Origin: Tubiluchus corallicola
Taxonomy: Eukaryota > Animalia > Priapulida
DNA length: 64,000 nt
Reading direction: 5' to 3'
Assembly (NCBI GenBank): GCA_030141605.1
Contig: JAQGDQ010000050.1
Coordinates: forward strand, 693,971 to 757,970
Part shown: piece after piece, positions 56,511 through 64,000 of the stretch
Layout of the letters: each line of letters starts with the position of its first letter
Numbering within the stretch: position 1 is the stretch's first letter
Position numbers and translations under genes: made by a program
Notes under the pieces: generated by a model
Databases searched by the model: none
What the model was told of the DNA's origin: nothing
The model's input: the letters and a program-made list of their open reading frames with translations, nothing else

Positions 56511-59419
56511 AGTAAATTCTATTTGAAAAATCTATTTTTTAATCATAGATGATGACTAGGGTGAATCTAAAGGTTTCTTCTTTGAGTTAATATATAACAT
56601 ATTGCTGCAGAGTTGGGAGTCAAGGGTAATTCATTGGTGGGCTGTTTAACACTGTAAAAGGCAATATTAATTCTGGATTTTAAAGCGTCTGCCTAGCTGT
56701 ATAAAAACATTACTGAAGCAACCTTTCCCCGCTAGTATGCTTAAATTTGATGTACATAAATAAATAACTTGTGCATGTATAATTATTGATGACACATGTT
56801 CATTCTTGTTCGATCAATTCATTAAATGCATTACAAACATTTGTAACTGCATTACATAACTTTAATACTGTATATTAAGATATTTAAACAGTAACTTACC
56901 TTAGTAGTATACAGTATGCGCAGGCCGGTACAGTCCACAGGTGCAATTATACATAAGTGGCAGTTCAAATAGCCGTTTACATTCCTAATTACTAACAGAA
57001 TTGATAACTCAACCTGGTCAGTCTCTTTGCACTTTACACTGCAAGTTACCTATTTAAGTCATGGTCACATTTCATATGTTTGCTGTTGTAGCACTTTGTA
57101 GAGATGATGTTACACGGCGCCATCTGAAGTATGAACAGGGAGATTATTTCTACAACAGGTTCTAATAATAGGTTATTTTGCACTCATTTTTTCCTTCACA
57201 TTCACGACATGTTTTCTGGCAGTTAAAATTACCTCCCCTGAAGCAAAAATTACGTCAACTAAAAACTTGTGAAAATACAAGCAATTTCTCTTTTTAAAAT
57301 GGTGAAATATACATGATAATTCTCAAGATTACATAAATTTGATAGTTCTAGGTTAGGTAATCGAACACATGTTGAAATATAACAAATACAGAAGAGAATT
57401 TTTTGAAACTATTTTCATGGATCTTGACGTTCTTTTTTTTCGAGTCACAAATAATCTATTTAGATGTTAACCTGTACCTGTACATCATCTGTCAGCAACG
57501 TAATCAGTTACTGGTGAACTGGTCACTCCTTGGTCTTTGTTTGAGATCCTGCTCTATGCCTCCCCAATGTCAGTGTTATGATGGCAGGCTTTGTGAGGAT
57601 TCCTAAAACACTAAAGGCTTAATACCTACACAGTTTGCAACAGTATAAGGTCCAATAGTGAGCAGGACACAAAACATCTAAACAACTCTTACATTGGTAT
57701 ATTCGCAAGTCCAACCTAAACCAATTCTTTGAGCTGTAACTCTACCTTTGCCAATTTCTTAAATCTATTACTGCAATGTTAATTGCATGTTTCTAACTTT
57801 CTACCAACTTTGAAAAAGGCTCATAATTTATGTTTTTCGATACTGCATTATTAATCTTTCATTTGTCTTCAGGTAAACATATGTTATTCTGAATATTTCA
57901 CATAGCGTAACTGTTTTAACAATAACTATGCAGGCACTCTACTATTCTACAGTTAAGCAGGGCAGGGGATTGGGCGACCATTGGGTCTCTCTGCTGCATT
58001 TCTTACTTTAGTATTTTATTATCCTTCTATCTTCTTTATGTGATAAGTTGTGAGAAATTTATTTGAATTTCTGTGAGTGAATTAATCTATTTTAATTTTA
58101 TTCCTCTTTAAATCGTTGCATGTTCTTTTTTCATAAATTACAAGTAGCCCAACATTTTTTGTGGAAATGGTTTGGTTAACATTTGCAATGGCATTTGATT
58201 GACTTATAAAGTGTACAAAACAGCACCAAACTTCAATAATGATTGAATTTTTTATTTTTCTTTGTTTAATTTTTAAGCTAAATGGCATAATAAACTTGGA
58301 AACATTTTGTCCACTTCATCTGTGCCTGACTGTAGGCTTCTGAAAGTGCATGCTATTGTTATCCTGTACATTATATAATATCATTTACAAAGTCATGATT
58401 TTGAATTTCCTAATCTTGAATAACATGATCTATGGATATTTAGATTCAAATGTTTTTACTTTTTAGATTGTTTGTCTGCTAAGACTTTTAATGCATAATT
58501 GTTGTTTAACTGCTGTTAGGCTGTTTCTTTAAAAGCGATGTGATAAAAGGTGCTGTTATGAGTATGTGCTAAAATTGTACTTGTAGATGTGAGTTTCTAT
58601 TATCTAGATATAAAACGTGTTGTAGCGCTTGCACGTTGGGCACGTTCTGCAGCTGTGTTCACAAAATTCTTGAGGTGATTGTAGATAAATTATAAGTTAT
58701 AACCAAGTAGTGCCAAACATCTGTCTTATATTCAGAAAAATACACGCACAACTCTTGACTTACATGGTGATCTAAAGCAATGCTACTGTTAGTATTTTGT
58801 GCTATTGATGTGTTTTCTGCTAGCTTATTTCATTTATTTCCTCCTTTATTCAATTCAATTTGAACAGTTTTTAATTCACTGGTGTACTATCATAAAACAA
58901 ATGGCATAAACTCTGACGAATTCGAAGTTTAATACTTGTGGATTCATTCCACCATCAATAATAATTTTGAAATGAAGATTGGGAATAATTAACTAGTTAT
59001 CCACGGATTATTTCATGCTATAAATTAATCAAAATTAAGAGCTAATCTGTTTGTTGAACTATAAAGATTGAATTGGGACTTGTGGTTCTTGAGGATGATC
59101 CCTGTGGCAGAATTGTCTAGTGGTCATGGCATTTGCGTTGTAAGTAAACTGTCCTTAATTTAAATCCAGGCTCTGGCTGTAATTTTTAATAATGGTTTCT
59201 TTCCTTTTTGACAAGTTGTTCGGCTTGAAAATGTAAGAATTATGGGTTCCTTCAATCACTTCCATTACTAAACATGATACTTGTTTATTGCGAATTTTTC
59301 CAGTGTTTACATTAAAGTACATACTGGACCTTTTCTTTATCGCTTTATCGTTCATGAAAATGGCTGTATGCATATTGATCGTTAGTTCAACACTGTACAC
59401 TCGTTGCCTCACGCACTAC

Positions 59420-59745
59420 GTTTTACCCTTTAAACCTCGCTCCTCCCCCGCCCATCTGAATGGTCTCTTCCGTCGCACGCGTCTGCTAGTGTGTAGCCAA
59501 GCACAGCTGTCAGCTGCTACTGCTGTGATCAGTGCGTTAGTGGTAACATATTTTAGTTAGTCTTTGTTGCTTTATACACCACTTCCTAAAAGACGTCTGT
59601 TCAGTAAAATACATCTAAACGCAAGACGTTTATATTGTAAAAGGAAAACAGTATTACTGCGTTGCTATATATGCCTGTAATTGTCTACGGTTGTTCTTGG
59701 GTCTTCATGACTTCATATTTCGGCACATTAATTAACAAGGTAAGG
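59420..59745 (+). promoter_or_regulatory. Candidate promoter and non-coding first exon of an unidentified transcript
   Basis: Local GC/CpG enrichment, GC box ccccgccc (about 59446), ETS-like cttccg (about 59467) and a strong donor aag|gtaagg at 59739/59740. No coding exon identified. Confidence 0.35.
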
Positions 59746-60951
59746 TAGTGTCTTTGTTTTCCTGTTCTCTTTGTTCAGCTATCGTTATCTGCGATTATGC
59801 ATTCTGTGTAGTTGAAGTGTGCTGCTAATGTGCAAAAGGCGATTAATTTTTATCTTTGGTAGTTTCAGCTATCCAAGATTTGATAATATTGTGTTATAAA
59901 CCTAATATTGTCAGCAACTCGTTATATGTTTGTGTTACGAATTCACTGGCTGAGGTCAATCTTGTGCATACTGTATCTCGCCAGCTTAGTCTACACATGG
60001 GAGCTGTAACAACTGACCAATGGCCGATTATATATTGTACTGAATTATTAGTGATTGCATGGGAAAAGACATGCTCCAAACATTTTTTCTTAAATTTTCA
60101 AAGTTATTTAAATTGACACACATATGGTCAAACTGTAATGTTATAAGTTTTGGCAAAACTTATGCATATTTGAAATATCATTCACAGAACAAAAAGTGAA
60201 CATTAAATAATAAGTCGCATCAAGACTAAAATACTCGCTCAGGTCTCAAATGTTACTATAAGTTTGGTCTATGCTGCTCTGGCAAAGCATGGAGCAATAA
60301 GCGTGAGTACTATGCGAGTATGACTTTCCACATAAGTTGCAATTTACCATTAAAGAAGTGAAATAAATTTACAATTTCAAAATTCATAAAAAAAGATGTT
60401 CGTTGGTGATTTTCGAAAAAATTGTTGTTAGAGAGTACTAAAGCATTAAATTAGCGGAAACACTGAGTTAGGTACAAAAACCGGAATTAGAAAGTATGTA
60501 TATATGGTTGCCCCTGAAATTTACACACATGGTAAGTTGCACGAATTTTTAATTGTCACTAAGTCACCCAGTTTTAATTGCGAATAAATGATAGGCTTAG
60601 CATAGTATCGTGATCTTTGCGGAATTCCAATACAGAACGATACCAGAATTCTGAAACTACACTAAAGTGTTGTAATTCCTGCTTTTATGATAATTTAGAG
60701 AACAATAGATTTTTCAGGTGTTGCAAGCGATGCTATATCTATTGACGAATGTGGTACTGAGAAGTATAGTCATAGTACTACAGACTCTACTATTTAAAAT
60801 TAGTAAAATTACTTTATGTAGACACTTCGGTATGCGCACGTCTGTCTGACTTTTCGTATACCAACCGAACAAAGCTATCCGCGTCTAAGGCGCGTTGTTC
60901 TTGATCTAGTTTCCACAATTATTTGCCAGACTTTCACTTTTAATAACTTCA

Positions 60952-61095
60952 ATGCCATATAACGATGAAATCTGTGTGTGCGAGACTGCAACGCTAGTTC
61001 TCTATGGACTGATAATCATCGAAAGTTTCGTGGCTGCCCTACTTTTCGCTTGCCTCTGGCTCTGTACAGCAATACGTTACAATCATTCTGTTTAA
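60952..61095 (+). CDS. Candidate 47-aa single-pass membrane micropeptide (unverified)
   Basis: ATG...TAA ORF MPYNDEICVCETATLVLYGLIIIESFVAALLFACLWLCTAIRYNHSV, below the ORF-track size cutoff. No homology recognised. Confidence 0.25.
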   Translation: MPYNDEICVCETATLVLYGLIIIESFVAALLFACLWLCTAIRYNHSV

Positions 61096-61670
61096 TCCGT
61101 TCTTATGATCCTCAAGTGTTGGACGTGCTTAGTATGCACGAGGTCTTGACTCTGCCAGTATTTTAGACCACGGTCCAATGGTTCGGATTAACAGATGCAA
61201 AAACGATGCTGTTATAGTTTTCTGAATATCTTTATCTTCTGCAAGTGTTAGCCACATGTGGCTACTGGAACCTGCCTATTTGGCACATGGAACATTTTCG
61301 ACCCTCTCCTTGAAGTATGTACGTTTATTCGGCTCTCCAACAGAGCTTTTATTATTGGGTTATTACCGAGTAGAAACAGACTCATGATGAAGTAACATGA
61401 TGAATGATGCTCATCGCCTAGTGGTCAGTATTGCGTGCGCATTTTGCTTGTAATGTGAAACACCTTGGCTGTTATTTTCAGTACCTTATGTTGTAACAAG
61501 TAGAAAATTGTGAACCAGTGTAGTTTTCAGGATGCAGGGTTTTTCAACGAAGCAAAAAAGTGCCTAAATACTGGGACAGTTGTTTGTCTTGTGAAGACGA
61601 AGCATTTACACTATCAGGGCGGGGAGTCACGAGAAGCATAACCAAAGGCCACTATAATTAAGCAGGCTAG

Positions 61671-62177
61671 TATGTTCAAGCAACACTCAGGTAACACAGA
61701 TTAATTATTAATAACAACAATAGTGATGAATTATCACTGATAATGAATAAAAATGTTCAAGCAACACTCAGGTAGCTCGGATTAATTATTATTAACAAGG
61801 ATAGTGATTAATTATCACTGAACATGAATAAAAATCTCACAGTTAAAAAAGGGGGAAAAGAAAGGGCATAGGATTTCGAACTGCCATTGTAGTTCTCCTT
61901 TAGGTGAGCGTAATAAAAGACAATGAGAGAAAAAAAACACATGGAATTACTAGAACTATTAAACTAATTTTTTTAATTAACATAAAAAGGATATCACATT
62001 AAAAAGGATATAAGAACGCTCTTGTAGTTCTCCTTTAGATGAGCGTAATAAAAGACAATGAGAGAAAAAAATCACATGGAATTATTAGAACTATTAAACT
62101 AATTTTTTTTAATGAAAATAAAAAGGATATAAGAACGCTCTTGTATCCTTTTTAATGTGATATCCTTTTTATGTTAA
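61671..62177. repeat. Cluster of local direct and inverted duplications
   Basis: An 82-bp unit twice (61671, 61753); a unit of about 135 bp twice (about 61887, 62022); 62144-62177 is the inverse of about 61976-62009. Confidence 0.85.
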
Positions 62178-62868
62178 CAAAATAAACAAAAACTCCCAAA
62201 AAATTACTTTACTGGTTTGAAACAATGTGTCCTTTCTTTCTATTTCCTTGTTTTTAAATTTGGGATTTTTTTTTTTATTCATGGTATGAAATGGCTTTCT
62301 CTAGAAACATAAATTAAGGTAAAAATGCGGCAGTAAAGCCTGTTACATCCCTCTGAATATCTTATCGAGATACATTATTATAGAGTTCTCTGTTTGTTTT
62401 TGTTTAACTAAATATATTTGGCTGACAAACAATTGCATGTCTTACATTGTGCACTGATTATTTTTAATTTTCTTTCAGTTTTATGGACATCAATATGTTG
62501 CGATCAATAAGTAACTTCATCGTGAACCATAGATGTTTTTCAATTGTATAAATCGTGTATAATTGAGTGGCTTGCCATCAGCCACGGCTTCTAAGGTCTC
62601 CCTTCATTATCTTTTTTTAATAACAGTGACCATTTTCACATAAATATTTTTTACTTTACTGATTATATATCGTATTTCAAAACTAATGTGATTATTGATA
62701 TACGTTAAACCAATAACTTATTTTGAAATTTGAATTTGAAATTTGAATGTCTACTGGGTTTTTGTTCAAATTATTTTTATTCCGGCAGCTTACCCGAATT
62801 GTCGATTGTGAACTGTTACTCAACTGCAGTACTGTAAATGCAAGGTAGCTTTGTCAATCCATAATTGA

Positions 62869-62952
62869 TGTAAAAACACATTTATTATTACCCTAGTTTT
62901 CTTAGCTTTGGTGTAAAAACACATTTATTATTACCCTAGTTTTCTTAGCTTT
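62869..62952 (+). repeat. Short tandem duplication (about 43 bp)
   Basis: tgtaaaaacacatttattattaccctagttttcttagcttt occurs twice. Confidence 0.9.
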
Positions 62953-64000
62953 CTGGCAACCAAACTACAGAATGTAGTCATGTGTTTTGGCTAGGTGATC
63001 GTCGATTTACTTAGATCTATTAGAATAGCTGCTTAACTGTGCTTTTTTACACTGTACGCTACACTTGGTACCAGTTTTAGTTTTTACTATGTTGAGGTTC
63101 ATCTTATTTTTTGACATTCATTGATTTATACTGTTCAGATCGTTCTGCAGTTTTGGTTGTTTTTCACAGAATGTTGTTCAGCTAAGTGGTGTAGAAATGT
63201 ATTGTACATTTTGTCCTTTTGATAGTAGTTCGTGAATTAATGAATTCCGTGCCGCCGTTATTCATTTCCAACGCTGTTTCATTATTCGTTTTGTCGGCAT
63301 ACATTTCTAACAATGTTTCAGTTTTAAGGGAGATTGGTGCTATGCAGTCAAAACAATATTGGCACTATGATGAACTTGGTGAACTCCAGAGTTTGCTGCC
63401 TTTTAGTTTTAGTTCTAGATAAGTTGATAACCATTGTACGGTCATGTTTCTGATATATCAGAAGATACTATACTACTGTAGTAAGTAGTATTGTTTGTAA
63501 TATACCATTATTTAGTTATGTACCAATACTATTCTAATTGTAAACTAGTAATTTTTGTGATCTAGCATGTCAAGTGTTTGTTTAAGGTTAAAAGTAACTG
63601 CAAAACGCCTGTTAGTGTAAATGATCATCTATTCAAACTACTTACTCAATTCTCAAACTTGACAGTGCTATGGTATTGAAGAGTTTCGATTGGTTTTCAG
63701 ACAGAAGATCATTACAGTCTACAGGTATATAGCTGTCCAACTCATCAAAGATTACTAATTTTTAAGTAATTTTGTTAACAATAAGTAGGTTGGGTAAAAT
63801 GGATATTGGAGATTGACCTACAATGCTTAGGCTGTTCCTAATACACCTGTGTTTATGTAACAAATCACATAATTTGCTTGAATGTGGCAAATGTAGCAAA
63901 CACGGTGTAACGAAAATGATACATTATGTGACAAATTAATGCTTGGTCGTGGTCTGGCTTTGCTCGAATTATTGAACTGTGTTAGTTCCTTTCTCTTCTA

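Noticed and set aside
57479-57602. Coding exon on the minus strand
   Set aside because: It has AG/GT boundaries but stops in all three frames; at most a non-coding exon.
61380-61420. SECIS element or C/D snoRNA suggested by repeated ATGATGA
   Set aside because: No convincing stem or D-box arrangement, and no in-frame TGA selenoprotein ORF found nearby.
2383-63422. Most short ORFs in the supplied track
   Set aside because: They are exon read-throughs into introns or chance ORFs in AT-rich DNA. Many start at TTG/GTG, which is not meaningful for spliced eukaryotic genes.

Overview
AT-rich, intron-rich eukaryotic DNA, most likely from an invertebrate animal. I could assemble three spliced genes by hand, with consistent reading frame across all junctions. 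(1) The 3' part of an axonemal outer-arm gamma-type dynein heavy chain, DNAH5/DNAH8-like (+ strand, 26 exons, 540-26690, about 1300 aa, 5' end outside the window). (2) A TBC/Rab-GAP gene (+ strand, 13 exons, 34262-45859, about 633 aa). (3) A cytosolic-type PAPS sulfotransferase (- strand, 7 coding exons, 55814-51300, 333 aa) with an unexpected N-terminal transmembrane anchor. Between the dynein and TBC genes is a cluster of transposon relics: hAT-like ends, an internally deleted pogo element, a decayed Ty3/Gypsy gag-protease and a tRNA-derived SINE. The introns hold many MITEs, some nested. I see no clear new multi-gene system. The best leads are the membrane-anchored SULT, tandem duplications that copy dynein splice donors and create cryptic exons, and a candidate 47-aa single-pass micropeptide near 61 kb. 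All family assignments come from recalled motifs; no searches were run.
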